A stretch of 64,000 bases of DNA from the human T2T-CHM13v2.0 reference genome, Homo sapiens. The stretch's first letter is position 1, and each line of letters starts with the position of its first letter. A model generated the notes under the pieces. The model searched no databases. It was not told where the DNA came from and saw nothing but the letters and a program-made list of their open reading frames with translations. The stretch is taken from NCBI RefSeq assembly GCF_009914755.1, contig NC_060927.1. One strand, given 5' to 3'. Position numbers and translations under genes: made by a program. Below are positions 49,750 to 63,774 of this stretch, piece by piece.

Positions 49750-51623
49750 GGCATGTATGAGTAGTTGAGAACGGTGAATAGGAGTATGACTAGACAGAAG
49801 ATAGTAGGGATGACAAGTTTTTTGGGGCACAGTCTAAGTTGGTCTGGTGTCTGGAATGAGACTGGGGCCTAATAAAAAGGAGCGTCTATACAGGAGCTTA
49901 ACTGGGCTGTACCTTGTAGCATTCCGAGGACAGGCCTGAATTCTGAGAAGCGAAAGTGGTTAAAGTATTGTCCAGTCCTTTTTAAGCTGGTGGCTGAGCT
50001 TGGTGAGGTGTGTTTTTAAAAGACCATTAGTCTGTTCTACTTTTCCTGAAGACTGAGGACTGTAAGGGATATAAAGGTTTCACTGAATACTAAGAGCCTG
50101 AAAAACTGCTTGGCTGATTTGACTAATAAAGGCTGGTCTGTTATCAGACTGTATAGAGGTGGGAAGGCTAAAATGAGGAATTATGTCTGACAGAAGGGAA
50201 GAAATGACTGTGGTGGCCTTCTCAGACCCTGTAGGAAAGGCCTCTACTTATCTAGTGAAAGTGTCTACTTAGACTAAGAGGTATTTTAGTTATCTGACTC
50301 GGGGCATGTTGAGTAAAGCTAATTTGCCAGTCCTGGATGGGGGCAAATCTTCAAGCTTGATGTGTAGGGAAGGGAGGGGGCCTGAATAATCCCTGAGGAG
50401 TAGTAGAATAGCAGATGGAACACTGAGAAGTTATTTCCTTGAGGATAGATTTCCATGATGGAAAGGCAATGAGAGGTTCTAAGAGGCGGGCTAGTGGCTT
50501 GTACTATAGCATAGCCTGCCTTTGCTGGTGTGTGGCGATTAGGCCTGGTGGAACTGCCATCAATAAATCAAGCGTGATCAGGGTGAGGAACAGGAAAGAA
50601 GGAAATATGGGGAAATGGGGTGAATGTCAGGTGGATCAGAGAGATACAGTCATGGGGGTCAGGTGTGGTATCAGGAATAATGTGGGAGGCCAGATTGAGG
50701 TCCGGGCCAAGAACAATGTTAATTGTGGGACTTAACAAAGAGTGAGTACAGCTGAAGGAGCTGGGGAGCAGAAAGTATATGCGTCAGGTATGAGGAAGAA
50801 AATAGATTTTGGAAGTTATGAGAAATGTGGAGAGTGAGTTGAGTATAGTTTGTGATTTTTAGGGCCTTTAAAAGTATTAAAGCAGTGGCAGCCACTGCAC
50901 GCAGACATGAGGGCTAGGCTAAAACAGTAAGGTCAAGTTGTTTGGACAGAAAGGTTACAGGGTGTGGTCCTGGCTCTTGTGTAAGAATTCTGACTGCACT
51001 AACCATGCCTAGGAAGGAAAGGAGTTGTTGTTTTGTAAGGGATTGAGGTTTGGGAGATTAATTGGACACGATCAGCAGGGAAAGCATGTGTGTTTTTATG
51101 AGAATTATGCCGAGATAGGTAACAGATGAGGATGAAATTTGGGCCTCACTGAAGTAATGGGGGCTGTCTGTGAAGCCTTGTGGCAGTACAGCCCAGGTAA
51201 TTTGCTGAGCTTGATGGGTGTCAGGGTAGTCTAAGTGAAAGCAAAGAGAGGCTGGGATGAAGGGTGCAAAGGAATAGTAAAGAAAGCATGTTTGAGATCC
51301 AGAACAGAATAATGGGTAGTAGAGGGAGGTATTGAGGATAGGAGAGTATATGGGTTTGGCACCACGAGGTGGATAGACAAAACAATTTGGTTGATAAGGC
51401 ACAGATTCTGAACTAATTTGTAAGCCTTGTCTGGTTTTAGGACAGGTAAAATAGGGGAATGGTAAGGAGAGTTTATAGGCTTTAAAAGGCCATGCTGTAG
51501 CAGGCGAGTGATAACAGGCTTTAATCCTTCTAAAGCGTGCTGTGGGATGGGATCTTGGCTTTGAGCAGGGTGAGGGTGATTAGGTTTTAATGAGATGGTA
51601 AGGGGTGCATGATGGGTCACCAA
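49750..51623 (-). pseudogene. pol: HERV-H pol remnant (RT without the YxDD segment; RNaseH/IN fragments)
   Basis: SPILPVLKPD, VLDLKHAFF and LPQGFTDSP, joined directly to SVTYLG. Confidence 0.8.
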
Positions 51624-51641
51624 GGAGGGAGTAGAGGTGTC

Positions 51642-51998
51642 TTATACTTGTGGGTTAAGGTGGGGGGATAAAAGAGGACACAAAGGAGGCTTTGGATAGG
51701 GAAGAAGGGTGGCAATGAGATGCAGCTGTAGTCCAGGAACAGTCAGGGAAGCAGATAATTTAGTTAAAGTGTCTTGGCCTAATAAGGGAACTGGGCAGGT
51801 GGGGATAATTAAAAAGGAGTGCTTAAAAGAGTGTTGTCTAAGTTGGCACGAGAGTTGGGGAGTTTTAAGAGGTTTAGAAGCCTGGCTGTCAATACGCACA
51901 ACAGTTATGGAGGCAAGGGAAAGAGACCCTTGAAAAGAAGGTAATGTGGAGTGGGTAGCCTCCATATTGATTAAGAAGGGGATGGGCTTACCTTCCAC
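51642..51998 (-). pseudogene. pro: HERV-H protease remnant
   Basis: PIPFLINMEAT (degenerate D-T-G motif) and CPVPLLGQD. Confidence 0.8.
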
Positions 51999-52071
51999 TG
52001 TGAGAGTTACCTAAAGCTTGGCATCCGTGATGGTCTACAGGGCTTCTGAGGTGATCGGGCAGCATCAGTCT

Positions 52072-53290
52072 TCAGCCGCTAAGCCAAGAAGGAGTCAGAG
52101 AGCCTTGGGCCAGAGTTCCAGGGGCTCTGGGAGTGGCTGCCAGGTGAGTTGAACAGTCCGATTTCCAGTGGGGTCCTGCACAGATGGGATGCGGCTTAGG
52201 AGGAATCCTGGGCTGAAGGCATTCCTTGGCCTGGTGGCCAGATTTCTGGCACTTGTAGCAAGCTCCTGGGGGAGGAGGTTCTGGAGGAACGCCTGGCCAG
52301 TGCGGTTCAGGCGTTTGGAAATTCTTGTGTGCTGGAGATGTGGCTGGGGTTTGTCTCACAGTGGAGGCAAGGAATTGCAACTTTTTTCTATTATTGTACA
52401 CCTTGAAGGTGAGGTTAATTAAGTCCTGTTGTGGGGTTTGAGGGCCAGATTCTAATTTTTGGAGTTTTATTTAATGTTGGGAGCAGATTGGGTAATAAAA
52501 TGTATATTGAGAATAAGATGGCCTTTTGACCTTTTAGGGTCTAGGGCTGTAAAGCGTCTCAGGGTTGCTGCCGAACGAGCCATGAACTGGGCTGGGTTTT
52601 TCATATTTGATGAAAAAGCCTAAATGCTCAGTGATTTGGGAGAGGTCTGATAAAGAAAAGTAGCATTAACCTTGACTATGCCTTTAGCTCCAGCCACCTT
52701 TTTAAGAGTAAATTGCTGGGCAGGTGGGGGAGGGCTAGTCACGAAACGTAACTGTAAGCTGGACCAGTTGTGAGGATGGGAGGTGATAAAAGGATTATAG
52801 GGTGGAGGAGCGGAGGCTGAGGAAGAATTGGGACCTAGCTCAGCCTGGCGAGGAGGGGAGAGGTCAGACGGGTCTGTAGAAAAGGAAGATTAGAAAGACT
52901 CAGTGATGCTTGGGGTTGGGACTGAGGGGACAGGCAGGAGGTAAAGAAGGAAGATTTGGGATGAGTTGCATTGGGCACAGAGACTAGGAAGGGACTGATG
53001 TGTAAAAGAATGCCTGGACGTCAGGCACCTCAGACCATTTGTCTATTTTATGACAAGAATTATTTAGATCTTGCAGGATGGAAAAATTGAAAGTGCTGTT
53101 TTCCGGCTATTTGGAACTACTGTCGAGTTTGTATTGGGGTCAAGCGGCATTGCAGAAGAAAATAAGACGCTTAGATTTTAGGTCAGGTGAGAGTTGAAGA
53201 GGTTTTAAGTTCTTAAGAACACAGGCTAAGGGACAAGAAGGAGGAATGGAGGGTGGAAGGTTGCCCATAGTGAAGGAGGCAAGCCCAGAG
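52072..53290 (-). pseudogene. gag: HERV-H gag remnant
   Basis: MGNLPPSIPP start region; nucleocapsid zinc knuckle CYKCQKSGHQAKEC; interrupted by stops and frameshifts. Confidence 0.85.
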
Positions 53291-53617
53291 AAAAGAGAGC
53301 ATAGAGACATGGAGGGAAGGGGTTCAAGTGTTCTTACCCTCCAGAAAAGCGGGAAAGGGGTCGGGGCGTGGAAATAAGGGATTGGGGGTTCTTGTCCCCT
53401 AGAAAAGCGGGACTTGCCGCTAAGGGTGAAGGAGAAGGGGTTGAGGGGTAGTGAGGGAAGTTGGAGAAGAGAGTAAAAAGAGGCCACTTACCGGATTTGA
53501 AATTGGTGAGACGTTTCTTGGGCTGGTCGGTCTGAGGACTTGAGGTCGTAGGTGGATCTTTCTCATGGAGCAAAGAGCAGGAGGACAGGGGATTGATCTC
53601 CCAAGGGAGGTTCCCTG

Positions 53618-53635
53618 ACCCGAGTCATGGCACCA
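53618..53635 (-). other. Primer-binding site, tRNA-His type
   Basis: TGGTGCCATGACTCGGGT versus the canonical TGGTGCCGTGACTCGGAT, 2 nt after the 5' LTR. Confidence 0.9.
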
Positions 53636-53637
53636 AA

Positions 53638-54090
53638 TTTCATGCGCGTCCATGTGAAGAGACCACCAAACAGGCTTTGTGTGAGCAACATGGCTGTTTA
53701 TTTCACCTGGGTGCAGGCGGGCTGAGTCCGAAAAGAGAGTCAGCAAAGGGAGATGGGGTGGGGCCATTTTATAAGATTTGGGCAGGTAAAGGAAAATTAC
53801 AGTCAGAGGGGGTTTGTTCTCTGGCGGGCAGGAGTGGGGGTAGCAAGGTGCTCAGTGGGGGAGTTTTTGAGCCAGGATGAGCCAGAAAAAGGACTTTCAC
53901 AAGGTAATGTCATCACTTAAGGCAAGGACCGGCCATTTACACTTCTTTTTTGGTGGAATGTCATCAGTTAAGGTGGGGCAGGGCATTTTCACTTCTTTTG
54001 TGATTCTTCAGTTACTTCAGGCCATCTGGGCGGTATATGTGCAAGTCACAGGGGATGCAGTGGCTTGGCTTGGGCTCAGAGGCCCTGACA
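53638..54090 (-). promoter_or_regulatory. 5' LTR7: AATAAA intact; second ACAAAAG motif mutated
   Basis: tttatt at 53697-53702; G>T at 53950; about 19 substitutions and 3 single-base indels versus the 3' LTR (counted by eye). Confidence 0.95.
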
Positions 54091-54722
54091 TAAGGTAAAA
54101 GAATTGCTTCAGTTTTTGTGGCCTCTGGTCTATGTTTGGGCTTATTGTTTTAGGTTCTTTCTTCATTCATTCATTCATTCATTCATTCGTTTCAACAAAT
54201 TTTTCTGGAAGGCTTACTTTGTGTCAAGTATTGTCTAGGCCCTGGGAATAGCATAGAGATAATTCAGACAGTGCTCCATGTCCCTATCTTATATTTCAGT
54301 AGACTGTCTCTCTTAGGCCTAGATGGTACAATGAGATTACCTTGGGCTTGCCTACCTCTTGGGAGGGGTTCCTTTTTCCTAAGGAGGCCAACTGGGAAGC
54401 AGAATGGGTCTTTAAAAAACTAGGTATCATCCATATTAATGCTTCCACAGTCTACCTAGTTAAAGAGCTTATAGCTTAAAAGCTGTCTGTCCCAGCCTAC
54501 CTTTGCTTTGTGAAGCAAATATGAAGCAACTGCCATGTGCATGGCAGTCAGTATTGAACTTGATTGACATGAAGTCATCAAGACCATGTGTCATGAAGAC
54601 TATGCGTACCTCCAGCCTCATCTCTGATAACATCTCCCCTGGGAGCCCAAAGTTCTCTGGATTCCCAGGAGGAGGCTGATTGATAAGTCCTCTTCTCGAG
54701 TCCCACCATCGCCCTCTTTCTA

Positions 54723-54996
<274 letters not shown>

Positions 54997-57961
54997 GTAC
55001 ACAAAACTACCCATTGCTACATTGTTGCAATGATTTTCTCAATTTCTTGTGTCCCTACATAAATTCTGGTGGGCAGAGACCATGTTGTCTTTACTCTGGT
55101 ACCCTGGCAAAAGTACCTTGTATTCTAGCAAAGCTCCTTGTTCTTACTCTTGTGGAAAAAATGAATCTGGAGATACATTCAGGGGGAAACGGAATGATGC
55201 TGAAACTATTCTCTTCTGCAGTTCAAATGGCTCTTTTTGTTCTTAACTATGTATCACTTTTGGACTTAGGAAAGTATATGGATATATTGTGAACAGATGA
55301 ATCAATGTTGACGCATTTCTTTTACTCAAGGTACTCTACTAGATCTGTGAACTACCAAGCAGTAAATTGTCCTGCACTTAGTGCTCAGGGTATATGGTAA
55401 GGGAGATAAGACACATATGAACGACCATGATAAAGGATCAGAAATCCTGAGAGTCAATAAAATGCTTCAAAAATTCCGAGGAGGTGAAATGTCCTTAAGA
55501 TTATTCATATGTTTATTTTTGAGAGTTTTTTTTTTCCCCCATCACAATAGAGGCTACTGATTTACTTATGGGAATGGGGAAAGGTGAGATTCCAGGATTT
55601 GGAGTTGTTTGTTAAGAGGCACGTGTGTCCTAATCTTCATGATTACGAAAATGTTGGTCAGATTCAGGGGACATACCACGGGGTGAGAGTCAAAGGGCAA
55701 ATCCAGGGCCTTATTTTTCTCTCTCTGCCACATCTCACCGGATCTCGTCTCACCTGCCATACTCAGCTGGGAAGTTGTTAGAACTCAGAAGACTCCAAAG
55801 GGAACATAAGGTCTTAACTTGTTTTCTGTTATCTCGTCCCCCACCTTATTCTCAACCTGAAAAGAACCTATTTTTTATTCCCCAAGCTTTAGGATGCCTG
55901 CATTTTGTGTTGTTTTTGTGTACATTTTCATTCTGACTTCAGTTGCTTAATTCTAGCATTTGATCTGTGTTCTGTATAATGTCCTCCATTATTCTCAAGC
56001 TTGTCTTGATAATAGAGTTTCTCTGATTCATACAAATTTTCATTTATACCGCATGTTAGATAATTGCCTTGAGTTTCATCCTCTAGAAATTGTCTCTGGC
56101 TAAAGCTATACCAGGTTAGAAAAATCTGGCTATATGACATTTAATAAAATATAAACACCATGGTGATCATTGTTTACTTGTGAGATCCCAGGTTTCAGAG
56201 GTTCTGAGAGGGCTGCAGCTGCCTTAGCAATTGGATAAAGGCTATTTTGAAAACAGTGTCATCACATGCCAGCCTAGTAATCAATGCCAAGTCTGGGACC
56301 ACTAACAGAGCATGGCTGTCTTCTTACCACTGCCTTTTAACTTAGCCAAAGGATGGCAGGTGGATTCTCTAAGCATTTATAATTTTTTAACTAAAAAGCA
56401 ATAGGAAAAGAGAAAACTTATTGGCTCACCAGAGGCCATAATAAACATTCAGAAACAGCTCATCTGCCTATGGAGTTCATTTAAGACAGAACCGCAGGAA
56501 GGGCTGTAACCCATGTTCATTGGAAGTTATGACTCGGCACATTTTTCCTGCACAGTCTTGTGCGTCAACTTCTGCTCATTTTTTTCAGGGTCAGTGTTCA
56601 AAATGACATTTGGAAGATATGCCTGACTTCTGCCTGGCTTTCAACAAATCTGGAATCTTTTGCTTGCAGGCCCATAGCAAATGCTGGCAACATTTTTTGC
56701 AAACATGGGCCAAATTTTAGCTTCCTTATAAAATGTAAAGTCAGAGCTGGCTTTGAGTTTTGCTCTAACATTTCACACAAAACTAACTTGCAGTTCTTCC
56801 ACATGGATTCAGCATCTAGGGCAGACGGCCTACTACTGTAAAATGCATATGGTGTAAGGATAGTGGTAGGGGAGGGGATAGAGTTTGTTCCTATGTGGGA
56901 AACAGGAAGGTTTTGGGATTTGTGGCAAGAAAGAGTTAGATTTTAAAAATTACCCCAGCAACAGCAGCTTTATCTAAATAGTTTCAGTATTAGCAAGGGA
57001 AAATGGCAGTGAACCAACATTTTATGGATTGATTAGTGCTAGGTATTGTGCGTGACATATATAATCTTATTCAATCATTACAGTAATCCATGAGAGTATC
57101 CATTTTTCCTTTTAACTAGAGAAATAACTCATTTACCTCTGGACTCTAAAAATCACCTCTTTTCCTCTGCAATACATCAGATGTGTGTGCACGTGTATTT
57201 ATCAACCAAAGGATACTTTTTTGGTGAGGAGTCGGAAATACTCTCCAGTTAGAGGCAGACTCAACTTGATTATGTTTCCAGTTCTTGAGCAGGGCTGCCG
57301 CACACAGTTGTGCAGGTTGCTTACTGCATGAGGCTTCCTGGCCAGGGGACAGGCCAGGGCTGTAACCCAACCCCCCTTCTGCTCACTAAGCTGCACACTT
57401 TGGTTCCAGACTATGTCCACAGGAAGAAGGGGCACCTTTTTCTAATTTCCTCCAGTATGTTAGCAGTGACTGCTGATGCAAACAACAAGTTAGCCACCTA
57501 GGAAAGAGGCTAGGTAACTTCCCTTTCATCCTGGCATCCTGGGGTATTCCTCTTTTCATTTTTCCCCTTCTCTACCATGCATCCTGGGGCTGTCCGTTGG
57601 AACTCCATTTATCCTGACTGCTGATCGCACTCTGGACTAGACTGGGCAGGGGGCTGAAGTGGAAAGTATACACCTGCCTTCCCCTCTCCCTCTCTCTACT
57701 ATGCACTAGGCTTGGAGACTGGGCACTGATGCGGTACCCCTTGCTCCTTTCTAGGCATTGCTCTGTATAAACTGCTTAGATGCATATTCAGGTTTGTCTT
57801 CTCTTATACCCTTTTCTCCAACACTGCATGAGTAGTTAGGAAAGTATACGTATTTTAAATCCCCAGAATTTCAAACTTTAGAAAATAGCATAAAGGAAAA
57901 TTTGACTGAAGTGTTATTCTTCAATTCTTAAGCAAGTATGTTTAGCTGCATAGATAAATGA

Positions 57962-58361
<400 letters not shown>

Positions 58362-58454
58362 TAAATGCAGGAACAGATATAAAAATTAAGACACAAGAAT
58401 GGATTTAGTTTAAAAAGATGTGAAAACCAGTAGTGTAATATAACTCATATATAA

Positions 58455-58680
58455 TCTAAGTGTTGGAAATAGGGACCCCAAGACTCAGATTTGTTCCCCA
58501 ACTCTGACTCTTAATGTCCCCTACCATCTTAGCAAGTTGGTTGACCACTGGCTTTCATTTTCCTTGTCTGTGAGTCCACTCTCCGTAATACCTTCCTCCA
58601 AGGATATTGTGTGCCTGGAATGAGATAATGGATGTGAAATACTTTAAAATGTGTGAGGCTCTTTATACATTTAAGGTTTA
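58455..58680 (+). mobile_element. MIR relic
   Basis: cttagcaagtt...tttccttgtctgt...taataccttcctccaaggatattgtg..atgagataatggatgtgaaa. Confidence 0.6.
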
Positions 58681-60559
58681 ATTGTCCTTACAAAGAAAGA
58701 TGAAAAGATCATTGAGAGTATCTTTAAAACACATACATTTTCCGTTTTAAATAACACATACCTTGAAAAATGTGGAGAGAATAAAGTGTACATTAAAAGA
58801 GAAAGCACAAAAATCTACTTATAAGACCCTAGAGATAATTATGGTTAATATTTTGATATATAATTTTGCAGTCTTTTATAAATTTAAATTAGTTCATCAC
58901 AACTCAGATACTACTGTTTATATATTTTTAAAGCCAGTTTATCACTCAACTTCATATCAATTTAATGATTTACGGTACATGCACAACTATCTTCTGGGCT
59001 CTCAGTAAATATCAGCTTTAGAAATAGTCCAGAGATTTTTGCCTAGTAGCATGTCATAATCTGATTTTCATTAGATTTATACACAAAATCAAGACGTCTC
59101 TATAGAGTCATTAATATATAAGCTTAAAATATAGTAATTTTCTTCTTATCAACTCCGTGCTTTCAAATTGTATCCTGTATCAGGAGTTGAGTAACTCAAA
59201 TAATCTCCAGTAAGATATTCAAATAAGAATATCCTAAGTGGAATGTTAATATAGGCAAATGTTAAAAACTCTGGCTGCTTTCCAGTACCGTTGTCTCTTA
59301 TTAAGTGGTTGATTTGCTCATGAGAGAATGTAAGCAAAGTGTTAAATACACAGGGGGAGTTCTAAAGTATCCAGACAGTGTAGGGGTTGCAGAAAAAATG
59401 ATTACTTGGAAATTTAACTCTGTTGCACCTTGGGACTTTTCTTTGTATCACTGCTTTTCTTATTTCAAGCCACACTGGGAGTTTCAAATCATATACACTT
59501 AAAAAAAATGAAAAAAACCCTCAATTTACCACGGACATTGGTAAATACACATTGCCCCCTTTGGGCCTTTTAATATGTATCATTTGCCTCATCTTGCTTG
59601 GTTAGTCACACTAGTATGCTTATGATTATATAAATTGTCTTAGGTGACATGATTCTCTCTTTCTTAATCATGATTAAATGTAAAATGGCAGAAACATTCG
59701 TTTTGGGCAAATTTCTCATTTTAAATGAGTTCTATTTAGAAACAAAACAAATGAAATGGTGGCAATATCAATTACAAGGATGATAAGGCTTTATCTGATC
59801 ACATCTTCAAGGTTTTATGCCTTTTCCTTCGTGTCCTGTCCTTCCCTCCTCCACTCCCCACTCCTGTTTCTCTGTATGTCAGGTTTCAACAAGGGGAAAA
59901 ACAAAAACTTTGCAAGGATATTTCGAGGGTGAGAAAATGTTACGATGGACCTGCATTTCTTTATTAATGGTGAGTTGCATAACAAATGCCATGGGGTTGG
60001 GGTTGGTAGGTTTTACTGTGTCTGTTAAATATTAACAGTACTTGTACTTTCTGAGGTATTGTTGAATTGCCTGGATACCGCTCAGCCAATCACAAAGAAA
60101 CAGGTTTCCATGGAAGCATGCTCACGGATTCATTTCATTCACAATGAAATTCACACAGCAAGACAGATCTGTAAAAATAACCCATGAAAAATCGAAGCAA
60201 AATATTTCTGGGTGTTTGTTCTATGCCATTTAGTGTGTATGTCTGTTTTCCATTTAAAAAATAATCTAAAAATATCTGGGCCTTCAGGAGAGCTTCCAAA
60301 AAAGCTGGAGCTCTTACCTCTGCCTTGCTGTTGGTTGCTATTCTTTTGGGTGTGTATACCTGTGTGCTTGACGTGCCCAACCCCCTTCCTTGTTTGCACT
60401 CTTGAACACAACATTTTATACCTAATTTTAAAATGAAAACCAGAATCCTCTGAATGTGTGGAGAGCATAGACTACTTTAAAATGCATTTATATACTACTA
60501 ATCAATCAAAGGAAAATAATCAATGATTTTTGATTTTCCTCTATGAAAGGATTTAATAA

Positions 60560-60730
60560 CTCTCTAAATTAGATACTATTATTACCTGTACTTAATAGTT
60601 GAAAACAGAAGCTGAGAGAGGTCAAGTAACTTCTTCAAGATTGCACAGCTAATAGGTGGCAGAACTATGTTTCCAGGTTAGATTTGTCTAATGGTGGATG
60701 CTGTAATCCCAAATTACTATGCTATGTTTT
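60560..60730 (-). mobile_element. MIR relic
   Basis: gaaaacagaagctgagagaggtcaagtaactt...acagctaataggtggcagaac. Confidence 0.7.
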
Positions 60731-60799
60731 TATTTTCATGAAGTAGAGCATCAGTATTATCTGTTACTGGAGTCAAAACATATCTATCTCTGGACCTAA

Positions 60800-60948
60800 C
60801 TATCTATCTATCCATGTATTTAATTTCCAGCCAGAAATACATATATGCACACACAAATATACACTACATATATATATGCACACACAATACATATATATAC
60901 ATATATACACATATATTGTTAATGGATCTATATGTATATATGTGTGAG

Positions 60949-60991
<43 letters not shown>
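60800..60991. repeat. (TA/CA)n low-complexity region ending in a pure (CA)n tract
   Basis: Alternating purine-pyrimidine tract; pure CA at 60961-60990. Confidence 0.9.
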
Positions 60992-60996
<5 letters not shown>

Positions 60997-63774
60997 GATG
61001 CTTACTCCTTTTGTCATTGCTCTCATAATAAGTCTTGTGTTTACAGCTCTAACATGGCATTTATTTTATTTCAGTGACTGTCTACTTGGTTCTTCATGGC
61101 TAGATTCTGAGTCCAGGTGATCATAGATGGGTTTGTATTGATCTGAATATTTCTTGAGGCTAGAACTGCTTAGCACAATTGCCACTTCATATAAACTTAG
61201 TTGATTTAGAATTTACAATAATTTGAGTGACAAGCAAAGAATTTTTAGACTCTAAGCAAAAGTAAAAGCAAAATCATATTGAGGCTGGGATGCCATTTGG
61301 ATAGACAAAAAACCTTTTCACCACTGTATCTCCTGACCAAGAAGTGAAGAAGTGTCCCTGGCATACTTGGATAAATGACTGAAATAGATATATAGAAGCT
61401 TTTCAGAAGGATTATTCTTCAACTCTCAATATGTTAATTTGAGAACATGCATATCTAATTATTAGTTATTAAAACAGGTCCTTTAAAATTAAAAATACTC
61501 CAAGTACTTGAAAATAACAAAACTGGAGTAAAAAATAATAGAGTAGACATTTGACAGTTTCTCCCTCTATTGTTCTCAGTTCTTGAACATGGTTAACTAA
61601 CATACTCACACTTCATCTATTGGTTGACATTCAGGAATAAAGTACTTGCAATGTTTAGATTCTTAAAAATACATTTTATGTATCAAACCTTTCTGAAAAC
61701 CATTGTTAATGGATAATTATCTAGGATGCATTGCTCATCTTCCTGTCTTATTAAACAGTCTATCAGATATGACCTAACCTTTTCATTAAGACTCAGCACC
61801 ATCACTTTATTATTTGTAAACTGTTGGGTCACAGAATGGTATCCTCAGGTGTCTGAGCCTATAAAAGGCTGTGGCTGTTTGCCTGATTTCTCTTTTGACT
61901 TTTCCTCTGCCATTTCCTATCATTTGACTGGCTTCCCTGGGTCTGCTTCCTACATACAGTCCATTGTATGTTTAATTTCATGTCCTCCGTTGGCTAAAGA
62001 CATTCTGTTGGTTTCATGAATCCTTGAATATGTCAATTAGTTCTGGCCTTTATGGCTCCAGGGTGACCTTATTTATCGTCTGCTATAAAGTCTATAAACC
62101 TGATCTAAGTACATTCCTCTTCAGTGCTAGAGTCTTTTCTTTTTTGTTATTGTTTCTGTTCAGTTCAAGAGGGAAAATGTATTTGGTTGAGTTTCTAGAG
62201 AGCTGTCTGCTGAATATGTGAGACGATTATAATTCACAACAAAGACTATAACCTACTCTGTTATTTTGAAGGAAAAACATTTTAAAAGGCAGCTTCCTTT
62301 GGGAATATTTCTAGGAATAGTGACTTTACATATGTATGAATGTGTGTATATATGTATATGTATATATATGCATATATATTTATATGAATTCACTTATATT
62401 CTATTATTTCTGAAAAAAATATAAGGCAGCAGTAGTGACACTAGGAAAAGAAAAATGGGTAAAATTCATAAGCCTACACAATGGTTGCCAACACTTCCCT
62501 TTTATTAACTTGGCAGCCTGGTATTTTGCAGGGTTTTTTGAACACAAACACCCTGAAACTCATCATCGGGTTGTAGCAGGATGTCCCTCCTTAGGCCGTG
62601 AGTAACTGCTGGGGCAGGTGTGGTTTGGGTACAGTTACAGTCTTGGAGGAAAAGTTTAATTTTGTTCTTTAGCTATCTGGTGATGTTTTTTCAAAGGCAT
62701 ATATAAGGGACACCACAGACCACTGATGTGTGCTTTCAACTATTAATTTATAAGAAGTGTTTTGAGATAACCAGAAATAGAGGAGTCAGAGTGGTCTAAA
62801 GGGAAATGACTCAGGCATCCTTTTGAAAAGATACCAGCTAATGAAACCGTTATCTTTCTGACTGGCCCCAGGCTGAGGTTTTGCCATGAGAGGTCTTTCA
62901 GCGTTAATTTAACCAGGACAGTTGCTGTTTTAAAAGGGTTTGCTAGCCAGCCTGCCGGATCTGACAGAAAGAGTAGCTGCCTCCCCTGGTGTGATTTAAA
63001 GGGCAGTAAAAGTTCAGCCAGCCCCTGATCTCCTCCCCAGTGGCCTTACTTCACTTAGAAATGTTCATGATTAGAGATACTCCATTGGGCAAAGACCTTG
63101 TCTCCAGAAGGCACTAATAAACAAGACTATATTTTACCTGAATTTATCACTAATGCCCTTTCTGAATTCATGAGCAGATGAGTGAGTTAGGCAACCAGCT
63201 GGAGCAAAGCCTGATGATTGAGACATGAGATGGGTACACTTATGATGAGAACATCTGAAGCAAGAGCAAGTGGTATTGTCCCTGGATGATGTGGGTAGTA
63301 AGGGGTGATTAAAATTTAAAGCCATTGGACCTGAGGAGGGGCATTTGCTGACTATAAGATAATGACAAAAGGGGAGATAAGAAGGTGAGGTTTATTTTAC
63401 AGTATTGCTCAAGGCTGGTTTTGCTTCTTGGAGTAACAGATAAGCTTATGAAGAACAAACCCAGATCTTTTACTATTATTGACCTTTTCCAATCAGATTA
63501 TATAATAATTTATAAATAATAACTTTCTTGGCTTCCTGACTCAACATGCCACCTAAATAGCTAAATTCTTTTGAGTTCTTGGTGACTCATCTTTGCTCTT
63601 GACTCTGTGACTAGACTGGTTTCCAACTTAAAGTATTTAAAGAAATTCAGCATCTAGTATGTCTTCTTTGTCTTGCTCCAATCTTGTGCCCCAGTTCTAG
63701 ATTATTTTGTGCTCTTTGTTGCTGAGGCCAAATACTCACTTCGCATCCAAGACATAATCACTAAATTCCAGCTC

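Larger units (their letters stand above)
48792..54090 (-). mobile_element. HERV-H provirus (common deleted form, ~5.3 kb) with two LTR7
   Basis: Paired ~452-bp LTRs, tRNA-His PBS, PPT, and gag/pro/pol/env remnants. Confidence 0.97.

Noticed and set aside
62976-62993. CTCF-like site (caccaggggaggcagc on minus)
   Set aside because: Two extra bases break the spacing of the CTCF core.
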